NCBI RefSeq assembly: GCF_001194135.2
Contig: NC_068985.1
Location: forward strand, 91,114,958-91,178,957
Direction of reading: 5' to 3'
Length of the DNA: 64,000 nt
Source of the DNA: Octopus bimaculoides
Lineage: Eukaryota
Shown: in pieces, positions 1-14,406 of the stretch
How the letters are laid out: each line of letters starts with the position of its first letter
Position numbering within the stretch: position 1 is the first letter of the stretch
The notes under the pieces: model-generated
The model's input: only the letters and a program-made list of their open reading frames with translations
Database searches by the model: none
What the model was told of the DNA's origin: nothing
Translations under genes and position numbers: made by a program

Positions 1-615
1 ATATTGGCTTGAGCTATAGAGAATTTATGCAGTATTCATCTGTTGTTACTCATACACACGTACACCCACATACATACACACAACAGACTTCAGATATAAA
101 TATATATAAGAATATACACACACACACACACACTCACACATTTCTGTGGAAGAAAATGCGGAAATGCTAGATTTTTGCAGAAAAAGAAAATAACCAGCTT
201 GGTGTCTAGATGCAACAAGAAAAGAAATCTTCTTTAATTCAAAGTGTGACATACATACATACATACATACTTACATAAATACATACGTACATACATACAT
301 ACATACTTACATACATATTTCTTTACATTGATATATGTGTGTGTGTGTGTGTGTGTTTGTGTGTGTGTGCGCCGCGTTTGTATGTGTAAGTATATACATA
401 TATAAACATGTCTTTTAAAAATGTGTTTACGGGAAACGCTTTGAATATGCAATAAAGTCACTCTAGCATAATGAAGTTTTATATCCTTCTTTAGAATCCT
501 ACTTCGTCTTTAGAGGGAGATTTTAACTAGTAGAAATACGGAGGAAAGAAAAACCTACGTACATACTATACACATATTTGTACATATAACCACGGATTAC
601 ACAAATGCAGGATTA

Positions 616-654
<39 letters not shown>

Positions 655-1257
655 TACATTCCTTCCTTCTTTTTCTCCCTATATAACTGATCATATTTCT
701 CAGTGGTCTGGTTTCAATACCTTCACAGATTTGGCACATTAGGATGTACATTTTTGTTTTCATAAATAAAACACGTTGCATTCTTACACATTTTGTTATG
801 CATCAAATGCTACATAATACCCACCTATCTACATTTCTCGAAATATACGGATGGCATGCGATATAGAATAATGCGTTTCATTCGATTTCATCCCATTTAA
901 TATCTCACGTTAATGAAACATATATCTAACGTTAATTTCCTACATACTTGATTAATGCCTTGTGAAGAAAGTAATATGAAGCCGTTATGGATTTAATTAA
1001 TATATAATGTCAAAATAGAAAATATAATGATATATTTTCCTTTAATGAAAACAGCAGACTCGCTATTCTTTTAATGACCGAGCGTTATATGTNNNNNNNN
1101 NNNNNNNNNNNNNNNNNNNNNNNNNNNNNNNNNNNNNNNNNNNNNNNNNNNNNNNNNNNNNNNNNNNNNNNNNNNNNNNNNNNNNNNNNNNNNNNNNNNN
1201 NNNNNNNNNNNNNNNNNNNNNNNNNNNNNNNNNNNNNNATGTGTGCATGTGTGTGTA

Positions 1258-1311
<54 letters not shown>

Positions 1312-2466
1312 TATATTCCTTTCACAATATGCGCGAAGTTTATATGTCGCACACAATTTAATGATGCCCATGCATTTCTGTGATATTGTAACGTTGTAAA
1401 TTAAAAGGAAATATTAGTGTCATAAATGTGAAGCCAATATCGAAGAAAACATTCTCTTGTTTTCTAATAGCCTATAGCATTCAAAATGAAATAATTCTTA
1501 ATAATGAATTGTTGACCATGGCAATTCCTGTCTTGAATGTGTTAAAGTGTTCAATTTCCTATTTCTAACTCTAAATATCCGGTTTAAATCGATTTTCTCA
1601 ATATTTCAACCAATTGAGGTCGAAATTTTACCAGTAATACGTTCAGAAACCAGCGTTTCATTAGTCATTCCATTTTCCATATGTGGCTTCGTTCCAAAGG
1701 AAGAAATATAATTTATAACGAATGGAATGATATTTTGCATAAAGGGAATACATCTTAGATGGTTTACTGTATATATGCCACTCCACACCATATCCCAAGT
1801 AATTTATCAAGATTATTCACTATTTTCCTTGATATCGTACGCAAGAAACGGCTTGATAGATTAATGAGTTCCTTCAAGAACGCAGTCAAATGTAATATTT
1901 ATATTAGATTTTGATTGGCATTTGTAATGACCAATAAACTGAATTTATAAACTATTCTTGTTTTCGGAAAACAATTATCTTATTTCCTCAGAGAATATGT
2001 AAGAAATACTGACCAGATAAAATGGAAAGCGTTTGTGATAAATTACTTAAATACGAATGCATACCGAAATCTCACAACTGTTTCTCAACGTCTTTCTCAC
2101 TGTTACTTCTATTCGACTAAATCATTTATTGAAACCAATGTCTATTATAGATGTACGTATATTAACACAGATATCTATCCTTAACAGGATGAGCTGAATT
2201 TTACTTCCCTCTCGGTTTCAATGCTTAGCTATCTATCAAGACTTTCGCTATGTGAAAAGACACTGGAACTAAATATAGCCTCTTGTGCAGTGTACTTCGC
2301 TGATAAAGAAGACAAAACGAATACAGTACAATATTCTGTCACCAGGACTCACATGTTTAGTATTTGACTAAGCCAATATTTAATGATGACAGTATGTCCA
2401 CCTGTACTCGCTATAAAGAAACACGTTAACACCGAAGTAAAACTTGTTCTACAAAACACATACTCC

Positions 2467-2537
<71 letters not shown>

Positions 2538-4192
2538 TATGCATGTATGTATATGTGTATATACATTTGATATAGGTACACGTGTGCGCCTATATAAAAC
2601 TTAATCATTTGCTTTGCCTGCGTTAGTTGTAAATCTCACATCTATTTTCAATTCTCCACTTCACTTTCTATTTCGTATCTTATCTAGAATAACTTTTGCT
2701 TAAACATTTTCTCACACCCTCTCCGATGAAGGGATATAATAAATATCCTGGAAACAGCTGTAAGACCTTCTATTTATAAATGTTCTAAAATCTTCACAAC
2801 CTTTGTATTTTATCTCATTCTGAAAAAAAAAAATTATATATACACAAACTGATATATGACCTACGTTGGACACGTTCGCATAATCACCGAACCTGGAGCT
2901 TAAATACGGTCTATCCATAGCACTTACTCAGCATTACCTGACACCTTTGGATCTTACTGACACCGTAACCTCTTATAACCTCTGTTTTGTTAGTTATTGA
3001 TTTATTGCGTTATTGTATTTTCTTATTTAATGCTGTAGTGTGCTTCAGAATGAGATGTCCCAATTTATGAAGAGCAAACTCAAATTTTATAGTTAACATA
3101 TTGTATGTAAGTTGGAAGATAGGTGATACTCGTATACACTGTGATATACCATAGAATAATTTACCTATATGTTGTTTGTGATGGAGCAATAATATTCGTA
3201 AGTGTATTAACATAGACATCGTTATCCGCGACGTTTTTGCAAGCTGTTGTTTTCAACAAATGCAGATGTAAATAAAGTTTTGAATGCTGATAGTAAAATA
3301 TTATGTATTATATTTTATGCAGGAGTATCAACTTCACATAAGTCAGAGTTCTATTTACTTTTCTATTTTATTTTCTATTTTCTATTTATTTTTCACATTA
3401 TATGTGTGTGTGGGGACGGCAAACTATCTTCCAACAAATAAAATGTTGAAAGCCGTTTTTATTCATGCTTTTAGTTTCATTATTTGATATTGAGTTGCAA
3501 CTATTATGATAGAAAGTTTGAGTCTTCTTTTGCGATACACAAGCGAATATTTCAGAAACTATCCTTCATCAATTTAATATTATTTGGTTGCAGGGGCAAA
3601 CCGAAACATAATTTTCATACTTTTACATATATGTTTAGATATGTTATTTATTACTCTTTGAATTATCAGTTACTGAGAAAGGGACGTGGGAATATTATTT
3701 ATGGGTTATATTAAATATCAAGATTTGAAGCACGCTACTATAGTTAGAGATTACGGATATTAATTTCTCTTAATTTTGTTAGTTGAAATATTACCAAATA
3801 GATAGAATGACAACGAACGGAAGCAGCTTAGATATTAGTTTAAAACTTTCTTCTTATCTTCATAACAAAAACTACACAACAAACGGGATAACTCAAGCAA
3901 TATACAGTATTTGCATGAATGGTTTCACCTAACTTATCTTGCAATTAAAACTCGCTCATTAAAATTTCTGTTTGTTTCTTATTTTTCTAAATATCTCACA
4001 TATACTTCCATCAAAAGCGAACATCACATGTTCCAAATCTTGAAGGATAAGTGCTGCGTTAACCATTTGATTGAAAGAATTACGCATTTCCACTTGAGAA
4101 GCAGGTATACATTGAGAAAATAATTACCGCAACAAACATGATTAAAGCAGGTTTTGTTTTCATTCAAACATTAACTTAAACATAGACACAGA

Positions 4193-4345
4193 TGTGGTTG
4201 TGTGGCAAGAAATATCACATGGCTCCGGGCTCAGTGTTCTGGCGTGGCAGCTTGAGCGAGTGTCTTCTGCTGTAACCTCCGGTCAACAGAAGCCTTGTGG
4301 GTGCAATTGTTTGATGGATACTGAAAGAAGCTCGTCATGTGTATA
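4193..4345 (+). mobile_element. SINE family 1, degraded head
   Basis: Collinear with 42045-42201 (GTGTCTTCT...AAGCCTTGTG...CTGAAAGAAGC). Confidence 0.75.
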
Positions 4346-4370
4346 TATGTATAAATGTATATATCTACAG

Positions 4371-4412
<42 letters not shown>

Positions 4413-5612
4413 ACACACAAACACACATATNNNNNNNNNNNNNNNNNNNNNNNNNNNNNNNNNNNNNNNNNNNNNNNNNNNNNNNNNNNNNNNNNNNNNN
4501 NNNNNNNNNNNNNNNNNNNNNNNNNNNNNNNNNNNNNNNNNNNNNNNNNNNNNNNNNNNNNNNNNNNNNNNNNNNNNNNNNNNNNNNNNNNNNNNNNNNN
4601 NNNNNNNNNNNNNNNNNNNNNNNNNNNNNNNNNNNNNNNNNNNNNNNNNNNNNNNNNNNNNNNNNNNNNNNNNNNNNNNNNNNNNNNNNNNNNNNNNNNN
4701 NNNNNNNNNNNNNNNNNNNNNNNNNNNNNNNNNNNNNNNATACAGCGGCCGATTCATTTTGCTAATATTCTTCTTCGAGCAGTTCTGAAGCGTGGCCTAG
4801 ATCTAAAGACTGATACAAATAAAATATAAAATCAAAAGGTTAAACGTTAAGTATTTCCTAGTTGAAACTGGAATTCGTCCCTCTTCGCTGTCGATATTTG
4901 ATTTAAACACCAATATATCTTTCAATATACGTTTCTATATATTTCAACGGAATAAAATGTCACCGAGAGGAATATTGAGATATGCATTGTCATGCGAACT
5001 ACAAAGACATAATACGCACTTTTCATTAATTAAAAAAAGCATGCACTACCTCGTATCCTGGATACATATATAGTTTTCTCAATCCAATAATGATAGTTCA
5101 AGTGAATGGTGACGACACAAAGGTTTTTCGCAAAGCACAGAAAAACAATAAATAAGGTTGATATTGGGATTTATTGTTCACGACAAAATTCTTATAGAAA
5201 ATAAAACAATCACAAGTTGTCTACTGAAAAATGAAACCCCTAAATAACAAGGGAAACGAAAGGAAATGTTATGAAACATTCCACATAATATAAATATTAT
5301 AGTACGTCTGTCACATCGTCAAATATCCGTTCACATTACTGTTGATGCATTTCTGGGAGTAGAAATTTTGCTATATATTCTTTTATCATTTTAATATCAT
5401 CGATAATTATTCACGGGAAGGAATTGCCCGTCGAGCAGACGTGAAACCAAATCTAATGTAACGACACGACGGTTTTCCACGTATGTCTCACAATGCAACG
5501 TACTGTTTATTGAAAGTTCAATTTAATGATTTAACCTCTGAAATTCACCTAGAGTCACGCCCACTGAAATCCCACACAAACACGTAAAAATTCAGACATG
5601 CATCTCTGCCTG

Positions 5613-5665
<53 letters not shown>

Positions 5666-5674
5666 ATATCTATC
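5613..5674. repeat. (TATC)n microsatellite
   Basis: Directly visible; (TAGA)n tracts also at ~14068-14115 and ~20465-20560. Confidence 0.95.
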
Positions 5675-8600
5675 TGGTTTGGTACATATGTGGGAAACGT
5701 CATAGTTTATTAACGAGACGACAGGCAACACGTATTTAGTTTGTGATCCAAAAAGAAATAACGAATATATATTAGGTTTATGTAATCATGCACCCCCCTC
5801 TAAATTACTGGTTTTGTGCCAAACGTTGTAATCAATATGTAATACATCACTGAAAGCGAAAGCGAAATCGTGATGAAGGGTGTTGTATTTTGCGCAAGGC
5901 CCAACGTGAAACACATAAAATCTGATACACGGCACCCACTAGTTTTTATTTACCATGCTCTTCAACAATGTTGCCACAGAGGACCTTCTGTGGATGTAAA
6001 GGCAATTCTCCTGGATAATGTGTCAGACAAGCACACATTACCGTACCGTAAATGGTGAGGACGATTGTCTTATGTTGAAAGTCCGCACGAGGAATCCTGA
6101 AATCTAAAGCCATTGTAGAAGAAAAAAACCAAAGCATCTGAAGATGCTAGACAATTTTCCGAACTGAGAATACGTTTGACATATATGTATTTGTTAATAT
6201 ATTTGCTGCAAATCTACACGTGATATTAATAATCTTCTTCCTCTTAGATTAGTGCAAAGATTAGCAAAACATGAGTTAGACAAATGCGTTATTTCCTATT
6301 CATTCATATTTCACCCTGATTTGGTAGCAATGAAAGTATAACAGTCAATAATGATCATACATATCGATAGCAAATGGCGTGTTATGAAAATATGCATGTA
6401 TATAATTTTTTAGTTTATCACACATTTCCTTCGTATTTCTGAAGTTCAATCCAATTAAATCGACGCCAAAAATAAGACAAAAAAGAGTAATATAATGTTT
6501 AAGATCAACAGTAAAACAACAGCTACGTAAGCTACACGGTTCATGGATTTTGTAGAGTATGCCTCTAATGTAAACCTGTATGGTATGATTATGTATGTTC
6601 CGTTTTTCTATTTGTTTTCAACCCATCACAGCAGCGCTAATGGTGTGTTTCCGAGTCGAAAAGCCTCTCAAGTTCATAGCATACTAGATATAGATTTGGC
6701 CACACAGTTTTGCTGTTTCACATTACAACTCCGCTTGTCACCTTCTGCCCTATTGCTCGTTTACTTCGATGATAGAATACATTGTTCATCCCATATCTTA
6801 GGTATCACGTTTACAATTTATATATTTATTACAGGATTAGAAAACCGTCATTTTATCCGAACGTAAAAATCGAAACATACCCTACTTAAAGGATGCTGGA
6901 ATAAAACTAATCTAAATAATAGCATTATTAGCAATTCTATGATGAAAAAGAAAAAAATAACGTTAATATACTTTAGATGTTTTCACTTAAACTGATGCAA
7001 AAAAACCGTAAGCAAGATCCATAATACATAATTTCATTGCTCTAATCTTTCTCCTACATTTATTTTACTTCAATTGAATAATTCTGAATTATGAAGATAT
7101 AATGATATTTAAGTACAACTGATTTTTTCTACACAAAATACCAGACAGCCAATTAACAAATGCAAATATCCATGCTATCGTGATGAAATGGATTAGGCTA
7201 ATCTGTTTGAGAACATAATTTCTCTATTTTGCCAACTGATTTCGGTAATATAAGCTAAAAAAGAAGCCATAACAATTAAATTATAGCTTAAAAAACTTTA
7301 ACAAATATTTGTAAATATTTTTCATAATGATATTACACGTCGTTACAGCATATATATTCATTTTCAACTGATAGAGAAAAATTAAAAACACATCTGTTTT
7401 GAAATAAGAATTGTACGAATTCACGAAATTTAAGAACATCTACGCGTTGCAAATACCACATCGCGAAAATATCGATAACAGTAATGACATTGAAACGTAT
7501 TCAAAAGAAGGTTATTTAAACTGAATTTCAAAATCATCTTGGGGATACTAGCTAATATTGCAACACAAACTTGATTCATTTTAGAAGAACGCGTACGTTT
7601 TATCAAATAACGCTATGGGTATAGATTATAGATGTGTAAGGCCGATTAGCTGAGAAAAATTTACAAAATACATAGGTATGGCTGTGTGGTTAAGAAGATT
7701 GATGTATGTGTATGTATATGTATATTTGTGTATGAGTGAGTGTGTGTGTGTNNNNNNNNNNNNNNNNNNNNNNNNNNNNNNNNNNNNNNNNNNNNNNNNN
7801 NNNNNNNNNNNNNNNNNNNNNNNNNNNNNNNNNNNNNNNNNNNNNNNNNNNCATGGTCGTATTCGTAGGTAAATATGCAGTAATCAGCTTTTCTTCTAGA
7901 CGTAAGTGATTCATAATGCGACAACGTTTTTATCTGAATTTCCTCCTCGAATATCGTTTACGTTTACTGGTTTATAAGGTATTAATTCTTAGTCGATTGT
8001 CTGGAACACAAAAGAACATGAATTCTTGAAACCTTTTAAATACACTGTGATATTGGCATTTGATGTAACCCATTTATAAAATTCAATTACAATGTGAGAT
8101 GTGAAGGAATCGCTACGATCAATTAAATACTACCGCTGTATCATACATCATTATTGAGAGGATTATTTACATTTGTAATTAATATACGTTGTCTATATTT
8201 TTAGTTTGTATTGTGATCGCTGATGTGCATTGTTCTATTGTGTTTGGCGATTGCATCATATTTGAATCGCATGCTGAGCCGTGAATGGAGTGTTTTAATT
8301 GTTGATATAATAAATGTTTTTGAGTTACGATGGATGTTGATTTAATTCATCTAATTGTGTGAAGATCTGCAACAGAGCCTTTGAGAACACATCGGGAGAT
8401 ACATTGTAAAGTGAAAGTACTTAATTGTGAATATATGACAATTGATTACTTCAAATGGCATGACCACAAATTTAGTAACCGAAGATTTTGAGGAACTGTT
8501 TTCGAAGACCAGATGAAGATGAGTTAATTCTCACCGTTACTAAATTTCTAAATGAAAAATGTCACATTTCGAAAGAGAAACACAAATGAAAGCTAATATT

Positions 8601-9059
8601 GTATACAGTGAAAGGAAAGAAAATACGTACCTCATTTCACAATGGTCATATTACGGATTTCAGTTTGAAACTGCATTGCTTTACAATGTACTCTATAGCA
8701 GCACAGGAAAATCATTACGTTTATAATGGAATTGAAGGCTTGTGATACCTGTGGAGTATCTCCTTCTCTGGAACTCGAAGAAGCTTACAAGCGAAGCGCA
8801 ATTCAATAGTCGTTTATTTTAGTTCCCATTCATGTGTCTCGCTTCTAGTGACCATCATTATGGCAGCACGTAGTTCGTTATAGGACCGTTCACGTGAGGT
8901 TCATTCCCTCTGGAGACAACAGGTGAAGTTAGAGCGGGATAAGAGTCCGCTGTGAGCTGCCAGCTTGCAGTGCTTCTCAGCGTAAACGAGAAGGAAGAAA
9001 AACAGGAAGAATATCTTGATATCTTGATTCTCCTGCGTAATTAGTCGTTGCCGACGAGA

Positions 9060-9165
9060 GACTCGCTGTCCTCTCGCTCATGCCAAATGGTTACAGGCGA
9101 GATCTCGCTCCTGTGTCGGACATGGTAAAGACTACCGGCGAGATCTCGTACAAAATGGCGTTGGC
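9060..9165. promoter_or_regulatory. CpG-rich promoter-like segment
   Basis: Palindromes GCGAGATCTCGC (9097-9108) and CGAGATCTCG (9139-48), YY1-like CAAAATGGCG (9151-60), within a CpG-enriched block of ~8.8-9.2 kb. Confidence 0.35.
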
Positions 9166-9189
9166 TTCTTGTGCTTCTCTACACGTTGA

Positions 9190-9450
9190 TTACAATCAAG
9201 GGTCCACATGTATTCGACATTCTGCCAAATAACCTCAGAGATTTACGAAGTACAGGTATGGAAGTTATGAAAGATTGGATGAGGAATTTTTTTTATCTGA
9301 AATATCATATGGTTTCACATTGCGATAGGAGGTACGACGTTGAGAGGCTCCGTCCAATCAGCTACTTCATGAAAACGGTGCTAAAAGGAAACTGTTAGAC
9401 GGCAGCCCAGCATGATCCCAGGCTTTAGGTGAAACCAGCAAATGATAAGA
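9190..9450 (+). mobile_element. 3' end of a CR1/L2-group LINE
   Basis: IKGPHVFDILPNNLRDL resembles the C-terminus of CR1/L2-group RT ORFs; followed by a tail CCCAGCATG...TGAAACC. Confidence 0.55.
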
Positions 9451-11210
9451 AGATAAACATGTGTCGTGTGCCCTTCTGCAAGAATTAAGTATTATGTCGG
9501 TTCAATAGAATAATTTACGTCTAAAACAATCTTTACGATTAACCTAATGTCATCACTGTCCCTGTAGGAGAAATCTATCCTAAGCTCCTATAAATTTAAC
9601 ACCAATGTCTTGAACATAAACTGTTAAATAGATTAAGTTATGTAATGACATGATCACCTTTGGCAAATTTTGTCATCATTCAACCGTTTGTATATTCAGT
9701 GGCGACTGGAAAGTTTTCCATAATAAATTTGCAAATAATTTCATTATTTCTCCACACAAGGCAACGTTGCCGCTTTGAAGTGCCAACGCATTTACTATCA
9801 TCATATAAACTATGTTGAGTGCATCTGGAATAAATGGGAAATGATAATAAATATAAAAACAAATATAGACTGATATACTATAATTATAGTATAGTATATC
9901 TGTGGACGATCATTCGACAGTTAATTACTTGCATTATACGAACTCCACTCACTCTAAAATATTCGGATACGGATTCCGTTCTCGCAAAATCTCCTCGGGT
10001 CAAAGCCTAGGCTTTAAACATCTCACCAATTCGTTCGCAGATAATACATATATGGATGTCATAATTCAGGACATAACATTATTCTGTACATTGACTCTTT
10101 AATAATATAGTTGATTACCGAATAGAATACCAAACGATTATCTGGTACTATATTCTTATATTTCATTCAGCACCTCAGTGTAAGGTGTAACATATTAAAT
10201 AATATTCTTTCAAAAATTGTTCTCTATTCTTTTACAGAGAATATCACAGGATTAGGAACAGTTTGTTTTACTTTTTTTCATGAGAAATATTTACAGGCAG
10301 TTTGATAACCTCAACAAAAATTCATACGGAAAAATAAATTTTAGGAACTATAGAGAAGCGAATAAGATGTATACATTTGCAATTTTTTATTATTTACTTC
10401 CTGTTAAAGAAATTCGAATTAAAGTCATTTGAAAAGTCTATGGAACTACATTATCAATATTAATTTCTAATTCACAATCACGTGGTTTGGGATTATATTG
10501 ATTTTCTTCTCATCCAACAATAATGGATATAATATTTGGCTGATTTGTATATTTAAAATTTCTCTACGAGTTCATCATCGATTTTGCAAGATACACTAAA
10601 CTGAAAATATTATCCAATTTCGTTTGCTAATATCACACATTCTCAAGCACCGTCATAAGCATTTGGCAGGATTTTGTATGCGTTTTATTTTTTTTGTCTC
10701 CAAATTATTGGTTTCTGAAAATCTAAAATTCTGATTGTAATGCAAACCACTTAAATACGTCTGGTGCTCAATCAATTAGTGATGAACAAGTCCTAACTAA
10801 TAAATATCATGAATATAATCGTTCCACCATTATTCGAATATGAATTATTCCAGGTTTATACTCTTCGGACTGAAACGTGAAACCAACCGCTTTACTCATA
10901 TCTCGAATATGTATTGTTGAAAAATACTTCGATATCGTCTGCACATAATAACTGTGACAAACGATCGATAACAAATATTTGCATATATCATACGTATTTC
11001 TTTCCTGTCTGGAATAAATAACTGAAGGATTTATGGCTTACCAAGATAGAGATATTCATATAATTTATGAGAAACCATTCAACGCTCCATATGAAAAGGA
11101 AAAAAAAGAAGAAGAATGGAAAATCGGACTTTTCATAGAGTTAATTGAAAGTTGAAAGCAAGAAATATGTCATTAATATATACGTATCGTTGACTTCATT
11201 AAGACTACTT

Positions 11211-11211
11211 A

Positions 11212-11285
<74 letters not shown>
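11211..11285. repeat. (GAT)n microsatellite
   Basis: Directly visible. Confidence 0.95.
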
Positions 11286-12448
11286 ACTGCATTCAGCCAG
11301 CCATAAAGCAAATATGATTGACCAAAATTCTTTCAAATCCACATTTCCGAAATCTATGTATAAGTGTCACTTAATATTCTGATGCAGAAGTCATCTATTG
11401 AGAGCGTAGAATGTCAAGTATGAATGAAATCCGGCAATGCGCTTCAGATTAATCACAAAGACAGAATGCATTGTGTGTTATCAGCTGGTGTTGATTTTTT
11501 GGGAATAATATCTTATTTAAAACACTGTTCAGTGCTCATAATGAATCACATCTAGGATAGACGCGTGTGTGTTCGTGTATGCGTATGTGTACGTGTATGT
11601 GTATGTGTGTGTGTATGAATGTGTGTGTGTTTGAATGTGTGTGTGTTTCATGCATTAATTACACTAGAAAATTATATAATGAGGAAAATTATTATAATTC
11701 TCATAGAGTGAAACGTAATTGAGGAGACTCAGGTGTATACAAATTTCAGCATACCAGCTGTGGTCTGCCTACATTAAACAAAATATTATAAATCACTAAA
11801 GCACCTAGAGATTAATCTCAAAGAAAATAGACTGCATTGCAGGTTTTGATTATTGAGATTGTCTCCAGAACCTCACACGATTTTGTCTACAACGTCGCAT
11901 GAGCAGAATATCATTTGTGTCTATCAGTTCACTAGAAAAAATATATTGCGTCACAACACAACACTATGACTGTTATGATGATCCTACTAATAATGGTACA
12001 TCCCTCCCACGTGACGAGTGGTACGTAGTAGTCATTTCAATTACCGTCAGTGGGTGTCAGTATAAGAAAAGAGTGTGTGGTCTTACTTGTCTAAGGAACT
12101 CTACTGCTATACCAGAACGGGCGTGATAAGAGTCGGATAGAGAATTTCAAGACAGAACTATTTCACCTCAACTGACACTCATCTATCTTACATCGCGTCA
12201 AGACACATAAATAAAGAAATAACACTCTTAACATTGTAAAGGGTCCACGAAGAGTATCTCCAACAAATTCCAAATAAAGCACCTACACCCAAATATATTT
12301 CTGCACACAGTAGATTTATACTGTCCAAAGAATGATTCATGCGAAACAACCTTACAAGTCTTTACAACGTCGTACTATGCGTAATCTTTCATACCTGGAA
12401 CACTGATTACATGGCGTATACATACATACATACATACATACATACATG

Positions 12449-12513
<65 letters not shown>

Positions 12514-13899
12514 ATGTGTATGTGTGTGTGTGTCTGCGTGTGTGCGCGTATTCATATANNNNNNNNNNNNNNNNNNNNNNNNNNNNNNNNNNNNNNNNNN
12601 NNNNNNNNNNNNNNNNNNNNNNNNNNNNNNNNNNNNNNNNNNNNNNNNNNNNNNNNNNNNNNNNNNNNNNNNNNNNNNNNNNNNNNNNNNNNNNNNNNNN
12701 NNNNNNNNNNNNNNNNNNNNNNNNNNNNNNNNNNNNNNNNNNNNNNNNNNNNNNNNNNNNNNNNNNNNNNNNNNNNNNNNNNNNNNNNNNNNNNNNNNNN
12801 NNNNNNNNNNNNNNNNNNNNNNNNNNNNNNNNNNNNNNNNNNNNNNNNNNNNNNNNNNNNNNNNNNNNNNNNNNNNNNNNNNNNNNNNNNNNNNNNNNNN
12901 NNNNNNNNNNNNNNNNNNNNNNNNNNNNNNNNNNNNNNNNNNNNNNNNNNNNNNNNNNNNNNNNNNNNNNNNNNNNNNNNNNNNNNNNNNNNNNNNNNNN
13001 NNNNNNNNNNNNNNNNNNNNNNNNNNNNNNNNNNNNNNNNNNNNNNNNNNNNNNNNNNNNNNNNNNNNNNNTATATATATATATATATATATATATTCAT
13101 GCATATATACATTTATACATAAACACACAGACAAATCGCATGCGCATTCATACGCGCGCGAACACACGTACGCTCATATGTACACATGTATATGTATGTA
13201 CGTATGTATGTATTTATGTAATATAAGTATTTAAGACATCGACATGACAACTCAATTGAAGCATAGGTGAATCAACATTTTCAACGGTGTGGCCTAGAGT
13301 ATCATGAGGTAATATGCATTTCACCAGGATATACCACGTCACCATGACAGGAACGAAATCGATGTCTTTCTGACAGTGAACCCAATATTTTATCTAAGAG
13401 AACACGTGTCTTTACGAAAATATATTACAAAATAATAGAAAGAAATAAGAAATGGTTGCTCTAGCATTCTACACTTCACATTCGAAAGCGCCCTAAGTTT
13501 TAGATTTGATGATGTTTCGTATGAAGTGGCATTGAAAATTTTATTGATATTCATAATAAACATCATTTATTCATTGCAATATCTCTTAATCTCTTATGAG
13601 ATTCATATGAATCCCCGCAGTTAAAATCGATACAACAGCTGTTATTCTATTGATTTTGAAATGAATCCTTAATCCAAATGAAGTATAGACATTATATAAT
13701 TAAAAACTGCATGTACTTCAAATTTTAATGTTTCTCGTTGTACCCGGCTAAGCTTCGCTGCAATACATACGTTTCTTTATTAGTTAATATATTTATTTGT
13801 ATTGTGAATCTCAAATTATGTCCTCCATAAGCTGTTTGTGTGCTGTGCATTTGTATGTAATTATCCGTAGATATAATATAGTTTAATGCTGATAAATAA

Positions 13900-14065
13900 G
13901 GCGGCGAGCTAGCATAATCGTCAATTTACCTTGCAAGATGTTTAGCGGCAATTTGTCCGTCTTTGTATTGTTATTTGAAATTGTACGGAGAATGAATTTG
14001 CAATGCAATAAGTAGTATTTGCTCCCTTATGTCCTTGTAATTGACTCTCCACCTTCCACAAAAAT
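13900..14065 (+). mobile_element. SINE family 2, heavily degraded
   Basis: AAGGCGGCGAGCTAGCATAATCG...TTAGCGG..TTTGTCCGTCTTT. Confidence 0.55.
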
Positions 14066-14115
<50 letters not shown>

Positions 14116-14214
14116 TACATATTACATCCTTCAGTATTTAGATACAGCTAGGAAGATTTATTTTGAGTCGAATAGATCGAGGCTGACACAAACTTTTAAA
14201 CCTGGTACTTATTG

Positions 14215-14222
14215 TTATAATC

Positions 14223-14299
<77 letters not shown>

Positions 14300-14406
14300 A
14301 AGAAGAAGAAGAAGAAGAAGAAGAAGAAGAAGAAGAAGAAGAAGAAGAAGAAGAAGAAGAAATAATATCATCGTCATCATCAACATAGACATCATCGTCA
14401 TCATCA
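14215..14406. repeat. Compound microsatellite (AAT)n(AAG)n(CAT)n
   Basis: Directly visible. Confidence 0.95.
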
